DNA of 64,000 bases from Octopus sinensis (Eukaryota), in contig NC_043009.1 of the NCBI RefSeq assembly GCF_006345805.1, positions 44,826,001-44,890,000 of the forward strand, read 5' to 3'. Position numbers and translations under genes: made by a program. Below the pieces are notes generated by a model. It was not told where the DNA came from, did no database searches, and worked only from the letters and a program-made list of their open reading frames with translations. This document shows, piece after piece, positions 38,651 to 52,779 of this stretch. Each line of letters starts with the position of its first letter. Positions within the stretch are counted from its first letter, which is position 1.

Positions 38651-38861
38651 GGCACAGGTGCCAGACGGGCACAGGTGCCAGACGGGCACAGGTGCCAGAC
38701 GGGCACAGGTGCCAGACGGGCACAGGTGCCAGACGGGCACAAGTGCCAGACGGGCACAGGTGCCAGACGGGCACAGGTGCCAGACGGGCACAGGTGCCAG
38801 ACAGGCACAGGTGCCAGACGGGCACAGGTGCCAGACGGGCACAGGTGCCAGACGGGCACAG
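38651..38861 (+). repeat. 17-bp minisatellite (GGCACAGGTGCCAGACG) x12.4 inside a family C element
   Basis: Units start at 38651, 38668 ... 38855; two single-base variants; no spacers. Confidence 0.95.
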
Positions 38862-39185
38862 TTAATAATAAGTTTTGATTTTTGCATAAGTATAATCATT
38901 CAAAATTGGTTAAAGAAAGTGACATTATCCATAGAAATTATAAGAACTTCCTTCATGTTCTTCCCAAAGAATAAAACCTGAACACTTTATGTCAAAATGA
39001 TAAAAATTTTACTTTTACTTCCAACATTAAATGTCTCTATTGTTTTAGAACAGGTACACCTTACTATGTGTCAGATGTAGTTGAAAGAGTTGGCAAAAGG
39101 AAGAGCACTTGACCATAAAACATCAACCTAACAGAAAAATTTATATAAAAAATTGAACAACCCATGCTAACATGGAGAAGTAGAG

Positions 39186-39415
39186 GGTGCGAGCTGGCAG
39201 AATTGTTAGCATGCCGGGTGAAATGCTTAGCTTTATTTCGTCTGCTGCTACGTTCTGAGTTCAAATTCCGCCGAGGTCGACTTTGCCTTTCATCCTTTCG
39301 GGATCGATAAATTAAGTACCAGTTACGCACTGGGGTCGATATAATCGACTTAATCCGTTTGTCTGTCCTTGTTTGTCCTCTCTGTGTTTAGCCCCTTGTG
39401 GGTAGTAAAGAAATA
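39186..39415 (+). mobile_element. tRNA-derived SINE family B, full length, young
   Basis: A box-like gagctggcagaattg, B box-like gagttcaaattcc, 3' end ...tagtaaagaaata; 12-bp TSD ggagaagtagag at 39174-39185 and 39416-39427. Confidence 0.9.
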
Positions 39416-42400
39416 GGAGAAGTAGAGTATGAAACAATGATGGAGAATTCCAGCATTGTCTAAATACCGGAGAGGGATTATTGTTATGAGATTATATAAT
39501 TTTACAAACTTTTAATCTCATCTATAGATGTCATGGAGAAAAAGTACCCAGTACCCTCTGTAAGGGGGTTTGGCATTAAGAAGGGCATTCAGCAATAGAA
39601 ATCATACCTAAGCAGACATTGGAGCATAGAACAGTCTTCCAACTCATCAAAGCTTATCAAATTGTTCAAATTATTTGACCCATGCCAGCATGGAAGATGG
39701 ATGTTTAAAAGATAACAATGATGATGATGATGATGACTTACAAGTTTTATGTCAGTTGATATACTGTGTTGATATACTGAGGGGTACTTTATCACTACTG
39801 ATGATACAACATTCTTTACTGAATCTCCCTTGGCCATTTTCACAAATGGAATCATGTGAGGTCCCTAAATCTTATATCATGTTCCAAAATGGTGATGAAA
39901 GAGACACAGAAAAAAAATTCTTATCAAAATCCTTCAAAGATGTCTAACCCTGTTTATTAACAGGGATAGACAACATCAACAACAATAACACCAAAAATAT
40001 TTCCAAAGTCATATCAGTTTTTAACCATATGTATTATAGTTTTAACTATCTTAACGGCTGTGAGATGATGAGACACTAAACCAATCAAAGTATTATTAAT
40101 GAATACACACACACACTCATGCACACGCAAAAGGAAAGTTAATAATTTGAACAATATTAAATAATATTCTTAATAATTAATGATAGAAATTTAGACCTAT
40201 AATCAATAAATAAAATGTATCATAATTAATAGTTCATTCAATAAGTGGAATAAATTTTATGCCACGAGGAAGAAAATTTGTATTACTATTTGCTGACACG
40301 GAGCATCACTAGTTGCTAGTTTTCTCGGATTCTAGTGCTTGATTTTACATTCACATGCTACTCATACTGTCTGTTGTAACCTACCTTGAAATCATACCCA
40401 AAAATAGATTTCTCTCTTCTTCTCTCCCAATATAGCTGCTACATTTCCAGACAGTTCCCAGTTGTATTTCTTTCACTTAACTTTAGGGAAGCTAGAATAC
40501 TTTTCATGATAGATGTACAACTATAAACAAGGTACGAAACTAACTGCTACAGGATTTTTGTAGTAATACTCATTAAATTTAATCATTCAAACATGGAAGA
40601 AAGGCAAGATGTTAATTAAACAATTATAAAGAAGCGGTTTTAAATTAAATTTTTAAAAACTGAATATCTTATTATGCTCCTATGCTATAAAAACAACTTC
40701 ATAAACTAACATAGACAAAATATTTGCAAATTCTTTCTCTCTGTGTGGTAAGAGTCAAAAATATACCAACCAAGATATTTTCCTATACTTTAATGTTAGG
40801 TGTGTCCATACTTGTACTTGGCAAAAAATACACAGTGCAATCTGTGTTAGACTTGTAGGATGGCTGACATTGAAAATAATCAGTACAGTGTAAGAAAATA
40901 TCTAAGACTACAGAATTAGAGTCAGCGACATCTGAAGTAAACAACACCATTATTGCCAGCAAGTTGCCAGAGGAATATGAAGAATATCAGACTACAACAT
41001 GCATAATGCGAGATGGATACCAATAATCTGTAGATAGCAAATTTGCAGAGACAGAGCATAATGTTTCAAGGTATTTTATTCCAGTTTCTTATAGCCTGAG
41101 TTCAGTTCTTGCTGAGGTCAACTTTGCCTTTTTTCCTTCTGTGGTTGATAAATAAGAGTTAAAGTCCCAGGCAGTGGAAAAGCAGAATCATCAGAGAATG
41201 TCAGACACTGCAGTATTTGTTCTGACTCTTTGCATTTCGAGTTCAAATCCCACTATGGACTCTTTGCAATTCAAGTTCAAATCCCACCATGGTAGATTCA
41301 ATTTCTCATCAGTTCTAATGCCATTATCACCTGGTCCCTGAGTTCTGTGGAAACATGTTTGGCCACAGGGAAATATTACCTTGCTTGGAAACAGGTGAGG
41401 AATGGCAATAGGAAGGACATCTGGCTATAGAAAATCTGTTTCAATGAATTCCACCTTCCTATGCATGTAAGTAGGGAAAAATTTGACATCAAATTGAAAC
41501 AATGATTATTTACACACACACACACACACATACATCTGCATACACATATGCAGAAACAGAGAATTGTTAGATGATTAAAGATTGCACCAATCAAAGCATT
41601 ATTAATCAAAACAGAAAAAAAAAACTGACATAAATAATTTGAACAATTTTAGTTGTTATTTAATCAATGACAGAAATCTATACCTATAATTAAATTACCC
41701 ATGAACAATAAATTTAAATCTATAATCAATCAATTACTTATTTAAAATGTATCACAATTCATTATTATTGTTCAAGACAAGAACAACCAAACAACGGTAT
41801 CACTATTCACTGTAGCTTGTTGTACCAATGTGGTTACTTGATCTACTAGAGACTGCAGCGAAATCCCTCTCATATCTCACCTTACCATCTTTAAAAAAGG
41901 AATAATATATTAGGTAATCTAATTTTCCAATGTGCTATACTGGAAAAAACATAAACAGACAGATGCTCACAGCTGGAATGCCTTTGTACTTGATGAGGGT
42001 TTAAGTAAGGCTAATAACAACAAACCACAAAAAGTTGAATGGATATTCAGTAGTATAGTCACTGAGCACAATAGGGGGCTGGTGAGAGGAGTGCACTGAT
42101 TAAAAGAGGAAGGCTGGCAGACTATGTAAGACTCCCATTGAAGTCAAGTGGCCAAAAACAAAAGTACTTGGCCAACCCAAAACATGATATTACTAGCTTG
42201 TTGTTATTGGCAGAATACTGGACAAAATAGTTCACAGTACTTAGTTATATCCATTTGTGATCTGAGATCAAGTTCCACTAAGGTTGACATTGTCTTTCGG
42301 GCTTCTAATGCTGATAAAAATTAATATCAGTTGATATAATCCATCACACTCCTCATCTACAATGTGTATTCCAGTGACTCTGCTAGAATCATCATTATAA

Positions 42401-44013
42401 TATTCTTCTGTTTTGAGTGGCTGCAATTAAGAAGTGTTTTGCCAAACCATGCCAGGAATCCCTTTTCCCCATTAACTTTGGTAAGTCCTCAATTTCATAT
42501 TGTGAGTGTCTCTGTCAATAATATCAGTGTACTTGTGTGGTCTTTGTCATAAATTAAGGTGTGGAAAACTTTAGAATATAACTTCCAATATTCAGCACAA
42601 TACCAATAGCCACCAAAGGTCTTTCCTGTTTTGAGCCACAATAGAGATGGGTAGAACATGTCTATAAATCCATAAATCTCTTCTTTGGCCTTGGGCTCAC
42701 ACCATGAGATGTTTTGAACTCTCATGAAAGAATACTTAATCAGTTAATATAATCTTTTAATCATTTATTTCAATCATTAGACTGTGGCCATGCTGGGATC
42801 CTAACTTGAGGAAGCTTAGTCGAATAAATTGACCCCAGGACTTATTTTTTTAGCCTAGTACTCTCCTATCAGTATCTTTTGCTAAACCACCAAGTCATGG
42901 GGACATAAACACACCAACACCAGTTAACAATCAATGTAGTTAACAATCATGCTTTGATGATTTTAAGCATGAAAAACTGTTTTCAAAAGTCATGGGTTCT
43001 TCACCTATTTTTGATTTTATAAGTGTGGTCATGGATGGAAGAAATGATGGACACACACACACTCACTCTCTCCTCCATCACCACTTGACAACCAGTGTTG
43101 GTATGTTTATGTTCCCATAACTTAGTAGTTTGGCAAAAGAAACCAATAGAATAAGTACCAGGCTTCAAAAATAATTACTGAGGTTGATTCATTCAACTAA
43201 AAATTCAAGACGATGCCCCACCATGGCCACAGTCTGATGACTGAAATGGGTAAAAGATAGAGCTTTCAAAGCTGAAATGTCTTTGATCATAGTTCCATTT
43301 GGCCCAGGGGCTGCTCTGGTGGTAAACAGCAACAACAAAACTAGAAACTCAAATATATTGGCACATATTCAAATTCATGTAAGAAACACCATTATCAGTA
43401 AGGAAGTAACATCAAACAAGGACCGCAACATCAAAATTAAATAAAATAATAATTTTCAAAGAAAAATATTATCTAATCCTTTTGATGCTGTTATTGATTC
43501 TATAATACAAATTTTCAGTTTTGAATTAATCTAACATAAAACCTTTCCATCAAAATTTCGTGTTAATTTATATTCTAAACACTAACATCATAATAACAAA
43601 ATTATTTTAGTAAATTTTTCAGATCAATTTAAAAATTAATTGAAACAAAGATAGTATATTTTAACAGAAATATGGTAACAAAAGGATTAAATACATTTAT
43701 CAAAATATAACAGCGAGCAAGTTGGTGAAATACTAGATTGTAACATGGTATGATGATTGTAATTTTAAAAGTAAAGGAAGGAGTAATGTGAAATAATATG
43801 GAGAAAAAAAAAACTAACATAAAAGACAAAAGCAATAATGGCACTAATAGAATTTTCTATGCACATATTGAGAAAAATTCCATTTATAAATAAAGAATGA
43901 ATATCTATAGGAGTGAAACAGTTTCAGTCTTAGCTATGGCTTCCATAAAAAGGAACAGCAAAAATGACAACATAATAATAATAATAATAATGATAATAAT
44001 AATAATAATAATA

Positions 44014-44570
44014 AATGCCCTGATGCAGTACCAGGCAGTGGCTCTCATGGCTTCTGATCTTAACTGATTGGAAGTGTTATCATGTACATTGTTTTGTCTT
44101 GGTATAAAAGAAGGGCTACAGCAAATATTCTGCTCAATACCACAGATTTGCTTGTCAGTTGTTTGACCTTAACCAGTTGAGCATGTCCCTTAGTGGATGA
44201 CGATATGTGCATCTCTGATCACGAGCAGAAGTAGTGGGGGAGCATCATAGCCATGTGTTGAGAAGGATTCTTTGGGGTTTGAATAATTCACCTCTGGAAA
44301 CATGGGTGTTTCGTTCAACATCCTTAAACAACCCTTATTCAGGGACCTTTTGAGCGGGATGGGTTACTCGATCTGAAGAAAATTCTAACTGTGCTCCACC
44401 TGCAAGGTCATGTGCTGTTTATCTTGATATGAGATCACCATGTCGCGCACATATGGTTGTGATGCATGTGCCTGGTGTACCCTTATCAGACGGGTAGTCA
44501 TGATGGGTATAATGGGCTTCGTATATTTTACCCCAGTGTCACTTCGATGGCATGCTCTGCTCGCTCACTC

Positions 44571-44608
<38 letters not shown>

Positions 44609-45156
44609 TGATAAATGCCCTGATGCAGTACCAGACAGTGGTTCTCATGGCTTCTGATGTTAAATAATTGGAAGTGTTATCATGTACATTGTTTTGTCTT
44701 GGTATAAAAGATGGGCTACAGCAAATATTCTGCTCAATACCACAGATTTGCTTGTCAATTGCTTGACCTTAACCAGTTGAGCATGTCCCTTAGTGCCTGA
44801 CGATATGTGCATCTCTGATCGTGAGCAGAAATAGTGGGGGAGCATCATAGCCATGTGTTGAGAGGGATTCTTTGGGGTTTGAATAATTCACCTCTGGAAA
44901 CATGGGCATTTCGCTCAACATCCTTAAACAACCCTTATTCAGGGATGGGTTACTCAACCAGAAGAAAATTCTAACTGGGCCCCACCTGCAAGGTCATGTG
45001 CTGTTTATCTTGATATGAGATCACCATGTTGCAACATATGGTTGTGATGCATGTGCCTAGTGTACCCTTATCAGACGGGTAGTCATGATGGGTATACTGG
45101 GCTTCATATATTTTACCCCAGTGTCACTTTGATGGCATGCACTTACTCTCTCACTC
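44014..45156. mobile_element. Two head-to-tail copies of a ~550-bp interspersed repeat separated and flanked by (AAT)n
   Basis: Copy 1 44014-44570, copy 2 44614-45156; identical termini (aatgccctgatgcagtacc ... tcactc), scattered differences and a ~15-bp deletion in copy 2. Confidence 0.85.
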
Positions 45157-46209
45157 AATAATAATAATAATAATACTTTCATGGTTTAGCAGTAATTTTA
45201 AAGGAAGGAGGCAAGTTGATTACATTGACCATGAAAGGAATGAAAGGCAAAAACCAACATCAGCAGAATTTGAACTCAGAACATAAAGATCTGGAAGAAA
45301 TGCTGATAAGCATTTTGTTTGGCTTGCTAACAACTAAGCCAACTTGCTGCCTTAATAATAATAACAATTTTCTTGTGACTAGGCACGTGAGTAATATATG
45401 TTGAGTGGGAGGGGAGATGTGTAACCAATTTCAACTATCTCTGGTACATGCTAGAGATTTATTTTATCAATCCTAGACAAAGTAAATGCCAAGTGAAATT
45501 CGGTGAGGTTTTCAACTCAAAATATTGTGATTCAGTGACTGCTTTTTATAAGCATCTGACCTTTTGCTCTTTCATCCTTCCCCCTACTCTCCCATCTTAT
45601 AATAACATAAATAATGGACAATTATGATTCCTTCCTGGATGGAACATTAGACATTTGTGTACAGCGCTGGCATAGCTATAGGTACAGGCATTGCTGTATG
45701 ATAAAGCAGTTCACTTCCTAAACATGTGGTTTTGGGTTCAGTCCCACTACACAGCAATGTAAACAAGTGTCTTCTTTGGCAGCCATAAGCCAACCAAAGC
45801 CTTATGAGTAGATTTGGTAGACAGAAACTAAAAGAAACCAACCATATCTACCTAATTTGGTTTTTATTTTCTTTTTCAACCCTTTGGTTACAATATTTCT
45901 GTTGAAATACACTGCTTTTATTTCTTTGAATTTTTAAAATAATGAAGAATTTAGTAAAATAACTTTGCCATCATTAAGCTTGTTTGGAGCATAAATTGAT
46001 ATGAAATTTTAATGGAAGGTTTTAAATTTAGATCACTTTAGAACAGATCATAGAAACAAGGACAGTTTCAGGCAGGTTGATACCAGAAGGATTAACCACA
46101 CTTATCATTATATCCTTTAATAACAAATCTTATAATCCAACCCCTGTAAACTTTCCAAACAATAAAAAAAAAACAAAAGATGTAAACTTATTAAATTGCC
46201 ATATGTTAA

Positions 46210-46431
46210 CCCTTTCATTACCAACCCGGCTGAAACCGGTTGTGGCTCTGTAGTACAAATGTCTTGTTTTCATAAGTTTTGAATTAAAATCTTCCACCAA
46301 ACCTTAGTCACAATTTATGTTCCTAACACTAGCTGAATGATAACTAAGTTATTTTACTAAATTCTTTGTTATATTTTAAATTAATTGAAAGAAACACAGA
46401 AAATCTCAAAATAAATACAGTAACGAAAGGG
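46210..46431. mobile_element. 222-bp piggyBac-type MITE
   Basis: TTAA-CCCTTTCATTAC ... GTAACGAAAGGG-TTAA. Confidence 0.85.
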
Positions 46432-46762
46432 TTAAGGACCTGTGTCAATCTGCTAATTTAACTGCTGCAGTCCACAAACTATTGGTATGCTACGGCAACG
46501 ACATCAGCAATAATATCATCCACAACTTGTGTTATTAACCTTATCTGCTAAACTATATTTTACTAAATTCTTTGTTATATTTTAAATTAAATGAAAGAAA
46601 CACAGAAAATCTCAAAATAAATACAGTAACGAAAGGGTTAAGGACCTGTGTCAATCTTCTAATTTAACTGTTGCAGTCCACAAACTATTGGTATGCTACA
46701 ACAACGACATCAACAATAATAATCATCCACAACTTGTGTTATTAACCTTATCTGCTAAACTA
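46351..46762 (+). repeat. 206-bp tandem duplication covering the MITE right end and its flank
   Basis: tactaaattctttg at 46355 and 46561. Confidence 0.85.
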
Positions 46763-49700
46763 ATTAATAACCTGTCGAAATGTCTAAAAACGTATCTAAT
46801 TAAAACAAAACCTGCTGTTGCTTTTGCTATTTTTCTTGCTTCCATTGTTGGTTGCTTGTCTAGTCTGAACAGCTGTTGCTGTGGCTGCTGCTCTATCTGC
46901 AACAGTTGCTGCATGTCTTCTATTAATTGAAGACCTTCGTATTTAAATGATATAGAAATTATAATCGTTGTTGTTGTTTTGTTGTTAAGGATGGTGGATT
47001 GGCAGAATTGTCAGAGCAAGCAGACAAAAATGGCTTGTGGTATTTGGTTACAGGTGTTAACGTTCTGAGTTCAAATGCCACCAAGGTCAACTTTACCATT
47101 CAACCTTCCAGGGTCAATAAAATAGAGTACCAGTTGAGCACCAAGGTTGATTGTAAATGACTTATCCTCCTCCCTTCAAAGTTGCTGACCTCGTGCCAAA
47201 ATTTGAAACCATAACTATTATTGTTGTTGTTGTTGTTGTTGCTGATTTTATTGTTCTTGTTATATCTGAGGTGATTGCAGATGCTAAGGACACATTCAAA
47301 CACACACACACATAACCATTACTATCAAACTCTTTCTGGAATTTCCTCTCTTGCTGATGCAGCTTATGGCTTACATCTTGCTTCCTTCAGCAACAGACAA
47401 ACACAGACTAAAACACTGCAATGGCAGCATGGAATCATAAAAATCAAAATCCAACAAATAAAATATCTCTCGTTTATGTCAGTTTTATGCCAACACCAAT
47501 TATTCAAAGTAATGATTCTGAGAAACCATTTTGCAAATCCAAGAGAGAAAATAACACCAACAGCAATTCTGGAACTGTTTGAGGTTTGTATATATGCAAG
47601 AAATAGCAGCAAGATTTTACATTTCAATGATACTATATCGTCTTAAAAGATGAAGAACACCATGGGTAGCAGTGGCACAACAATTATATGTAATGTGACT
47701 CTAGATGTCACAAATTAAGACGGGATGTTCACAATTGGAAAGCCTGCTCCATCATGGCTAACCAGAGTTAAATAGCAACAGCAGTTACAAAAACTACAAA
47801 AAGAGCAACGATTTCTTACATAAGTACAGAATCACAATTCTGTAGGATAAAATTAGAGTAGATCCAATACGTACCAAGCCAAGAGGTAAATGATACATAT
47901 TTTAATTGCCTTGCAAGAATAAAAAACAAACAAGAGCCAGGTGTAGTGTTTTCAACATGGATCCATATTCAAAATGGAATGTAAACTGCTTTTTTTACCA
48001 AATTTGCCAAAAGTCCCACAGCCAAATTCTCCTCTGAAGTTATAAACCCCAAGTCAATTCCACTAGAAACCACTCTGCCACTTCAATTTGAATTCCAATA
48101 TTGAACATAAAGGCATAGATATAGTTCCAGGCATGCCAGAACAAATGCTACAAATAGTTTTGTCCAATGTTCTTACGATCCTGCCAATCTACTGCCCTAA
48201 TAATAATAATGAAAATAATAATAATGATAATAATAATAATAGTAATAATAATATTAATAATCATTTCTACTAATGGCAAAAGGCCTAAAATTTGGGAGGA
48301 GAGAACTAGTTGATAATATTGACCCCCAGTGTTTCACTGGTACTTAATTTATCAACCCCAAAAGAATGAAAGGCAAAACTGACTTCAACAGAATTTGAAC
48401 TCAGAATGTAAAATAATAATGATAATAATAATGATAATAATATACATTGCTATAACAGTGTGACTCATTATTAAACAATAAAAGTCAAGTACACAAAAAC
48501 AGAATCTCAAATAAAATTAAGAAATTCTCTCTGTGTTTCTCATGAGTGATTAGAAAAAGATTTGTCACAAAAGAACTATTTTAAATGACATTGTTGCCTT
48601 TAATTTTCCTGGAAATGAAACAAATAAAAAATCCAACCAACACTGTACAGCATTCCTTAAGTGCACTTAAACACACCTGTTTTTCTTGGTAGACTTAACC
48701 AAAATAAAAAAAAGGAAAAGAAAAAAAATTGATCAACAACCAAAAGTTTAGAACTAATCAGATGCTTTCAAATTGCTCCAGATCATGTTTCATCTCTGAT
48801 TTCAGTTAGAGTAGTTGTCATGAGAGACACATTCTCTACTGAAAATGATACTGAAGTAAACTTGTAGTGAACTAGCAGAATCATTACAAGTCAAATCTTG
48901 TGATATCTAATTATTCTGATGTACACTTTATCTGGAAAAAATAAAAGTTGGGATGGCTGCATGGTTAAGAAGCTTTTTTTGCAAGAATGTGGTCCAGAGC
49001 ATTAGGTGTCACCTTGGGCAAATGTCTTTACTGCAGCCCCAGGCTGACCAAATCCTTTATTTCTTTATTGCCCACAAGAGGCTAAACGTAGAGGGGACAA
49101 ACAAAGACAGACAAAGGGATTAAGTCAATTACATCGACCCCAGTGTGTAACTGGTACTTAATTTATTGACCCCGGATGGATGAAAGGCAAAGTCGACCTC
49201 GGCGGAATTTGAACTCAGAACATAATGGCAGATGAAATACCACTAAGCATTTTGCCCAGTGTGCAAACATTTCTGCCAGCTTGCCACCTGACCAAATCTG
49301 CCTGATTTGGCTGACCAAATCCGTGTGAGTGGATTTCATAGATAGAAACTGAGCCCATCGTTGTTGTCGAAAACGAACCTGTTTATAATTTTCAGTTATT
49401 TCTATGATAAAGATAATGAAGATCACGGGTTGACACGGTAAAATATTAACACATTTATTGATTTTTCAAAAATCTACAGTGTGTGTGTCTCGGTGCTCAT
49501 GTTTATCTTCCACTACCACTTGACAACCAGTGCTGGTTTGTTTATGTCCCTGTTGCTTAGCAATTCAGCAAAAGAGATCAATAGATTAAATATCAGACTT
49601 AGGAAAAAACTAAACTACTGGGTGGGGTGGGGTGGGGTGGGGTGGGGTCCATTCAGCTAAAACACTTCAAGGCAGTGCTCCAGCATGGCACCAGTTCAGT

Positions 49701-50166
49701 GACTGAAAAAAGTAAAAGATGAAAGACTGAATGAAGTATTTAACAAAACATTGCTAAAACAGTTGTTGACAAGGTTATTATTGCTGTGAAATCCTTCACA
49801 GTTTGGTAAGATATCCATCTGCGAGAGATGGTATAAATGTATGTTATGTTCAATGCTTTCACTTCAACTTTTGCACAATCAGATTTTATTTTATTTTTTC
49901 ACATTTTCTGCTTCTTTAGCCCTTCATTACCTACCATAATTAAAATCTAAACTTTTATCACAACTATGATTTTTGAACATGGGGCTAAAATGTCCCAATA
50001 GTATTCTAATGAACAAATACTTGAGACTCTCCTATCCCAACAGTATCTCATATGCACGTTGAGCAAGTTCAGAAAATTATGGCAATAAAAATGGAATAAA
50101 TCTTACAGTTTATTTCAAATTCAAAATGAAGCTATAATTGATTTCTCATATAATATACCTATTATA

Positions 50167-50320
50167 TTTCGTTTTTGGATTTGGTTTGCAAGATTCTTTA
50201 TGTGAGTTCATGCGTTGAAGCATATTCTGTTGTGTCTGGGGAGAGTCGTGGAAATTTTACCAGTGAGTGTGTTAAATTATAAGGCACCAAAAGAGAATGA
50301 CTCTCCCCAGATACAACAGA
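50167..50320. mobile_element. Short element with an internal inversion and a 12-bp TSD
   Basis: atacctattata at 50155-50166 and 50321-50332; internal IR attctgttgtgtctggggagagtc / gactctccccagatacaacagaat. Confidence 0.65.
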
Positions 50321-50513
50321 ATACCTATTATAAATTACAATTGTTTTTTCGAATAACACTTATAAAATAATATATATAATGACCCCTTCCAAATAATACT
50401 TATGAAATAATAAACTTCTTTCTTATATAGTTTTTTTCTCTTATATCATACTAACAAATATATTTTTTTCCTCAATAATATTTATGAGAACAACCATGAT
50501 TTATAAATACATA

Positions 50514-51049
50514 CTATGTGTGATATACAGTAAAATATTCATTGATGCATGAAGGAATGTTGCATTTCCGGCAAATGTATTGGGTCCTCCTTTCTTTGTT
50601 CCTCGAAGAATATCTAGTACATTTTCTGCAACTCTTTTGTTTTACTGGCATATGACTACCTACGTTTGAAATCAACTTTGAAGTTTTAGTAGGCCATCCA
50701 AAAGAACCTATTATGTGGAAAATTTGGCCTTCCTGCTTTGATCAAACGTTCAGCTACATTTACTAAGAAAACTATAAATGGTGGTTTCATATGGTGAATT
50801 TCAGAGTGAATAACATAGCTGTTATATATAGCTGTCATTAGAAGCCTGAAGAACACTTTAGTCCACCATTTTCTACTTTTTCAATCCGGTTCATACAGTG
50901 TTACCATTTGATCAGAGCAATCTACTCTACCCATATATTTGTTATAAAAGATAATCGCTTCTGGACAAGTGACCTATTTCTTTTTCCCATCATACTCCTT
51001 ATTAAAAAACTTTTCTTGGGATATATGTGTCCTATTAGGAGCGAAGGGG
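50514..51049 (-). pseudogene. Internally deleted piggyBac transposon: one TIR plus the C-terminal third of the transposase
   Basis: TTAA-CCCCTTCG end at 51049-51053; translates CPEAIIFYNKYMGRVDCSDQM...KSRKWWTKVFFRLLMTAIYNSYVI...CRKC...RRTQYICRKCNIPSCINEYFTVYHT* (third catalytic D region and cysteine-rich domain), with stops and a frameshift. Confidence 0.88.
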
Positions 51050-52003
51050 TTAACATAGAACAGGCTGTCATACATCAACTATGACAACAAAACAACCTTC
51101 ATCAGAATTGAGGGCATCAAAATCCATTGAGACAAACTTAAGAGATAAGCATTTTTTTTGTCTATGGAAACACATTATTAAAATTTATTAAGAGTCTCTG
51201 ATTTAAAACCACAATATCTTCTTATGTAATTAGACTCAGTTTTAATTGTTTTCTTGTGTAGAACATAGTGTATATAAGTATATTATATGAGTTTGATTGT
51301 GTGTATACATATGAGAGTTAATGTGTGAGTCGTTGAATGTGAATCCATTTGTGTGTGCATGAAAGAGGGAAAGAGAGAAAGAGAGAGAGAGAGGGAGAGA
51401 GAGAGAGAGGGAGAGAGAGAAAGAGAGAGAGAGAGAGGGAGAGAGAGAATCTGTAGGCCTCAGTTTCTTTCACATGATTTATGGTTGCATATCCTCCAAG
51501 TTGACAGGGTCATCTCAAAGTAACGTGATGCCTAAGGTCACATTTACTTTCAAAATGAAACTGATTTCTTTCAGCAATATAATATCAACTTTACCTCCTC
51601 CCCGCGTTCCCCACAAAAAACAATTTAAAATTGTGATCTGACACCTTTCAAACACCAAAACCTGCAGCTTATATTTATAAGACTTGTCCCTTCAAGTTTA
51701 TCGTCATAATAGCATGGCTGTGTTTGTGTTTGCATCTGCATGTGCATTATGTATATGCATGCATAACAAAGAGAGAAAGAGAGAAAAATCAAAGAGAGAA
51801 ATCAAGGAAAGCAAGAAAGAGAGAGAGAGAGAAAGAGGGACAGAGGGAGACAGATTTGTACATGCTGAAAAATAACCAACAAAGTTTTCATAAAAAATAC
51901 CAGCTAATTTATCAAAATATAAAAAAAAATTAAATGAAGACTTTCAAATAATGAAATCTCTAAAGGAAATATTATCAAGTGAAGCCAGCACTTTTCCTCA
52001 GCA

Positions 52004-52066
<63 letters not shown>

Positions 52067-52779
52067 TATAATAAACCTGAAGCAAAACAAGTCGAGACTT
52101 AGATTTCTTTAAATATTCCCAACCATTTCACTTGTTTGTTCTAAACAACTAGAACAAACTGTCCTTGACACAAATCTCTCCAAGACAGATTCTAATGTCA
52201 ATAAGTTGGTCAAAAGAAGAAAAACATTCAGAATTCACATAAGGTTTTTGGAGGAACAGAAAAACAGTGTCAGCTAAAACAGTGAAACAACAAGTTTAAA
52301 AGCCATATAATGTATCTAAACTATATATGTACGTGTGTGTGTGTGTGTGTGTGTGTATACATATATATATACATATTTATATACAAGTATGTATGTATGT
52401 ATAAACCATAAAAAGTCAGGAGCTTTGAGAGGTAAATATATTTATTCAACCACTTGACTCGTTAAGATTACAGCTGTTTTGCAGCCACCCTTATGTAATA
52501 AAAATTTCAGTGTATAATAACTTATGTTTAGAAGTGTGTATTAATATGCATGGTATGCATTATACAACTCTGTTTGACCCTTGCATGCATAGAAAAGTGG
52601 TCATTAAAATTATGATGATTTTGCCAAATCTTTTTTATTCCTTTACTTTGCTTTCAACCTGTGCTAATGGAGTGAAAAAATTGTGGTTTTAGAATCATTT
52701 GACGTCTATTTCTAACATTTAGGTGCTGTTTCTCAGCACCCTTAACTTTAATTATATCTATCTATCTATCTATCTCTAT

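Noticed and set aside
38433-38981. Repetitive ORFs (QVPDGHRCQTGTGARRA) and a CRISPR-like appearance
   Set aside because: A pure 17-bp tandem repeat with no spacers, no cas genes and a eukaryotic context; the ORFs are by-products.
40385-40520. Minus-strand exon ending AAG|GTAGGT
   Set aside because: All frames from the best acceptor contain stops; it cannot be supported without transcripts.
46723-46940. Q-rich / A-T-rich open frames on the minus strand as a candidate exon
   Set aside because: Two frames are open because of CAG/GCA low complexity; splice sites are weak; no recognisable homology; the downstream part is in a tandem duplication.
47999-48080. GRVVSSGIDLG peptide resembling a crotonase motif
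   Set aside because: No polypyrimidine acceptor, the conserved Phe is absent, and there are no other crotonase exons.
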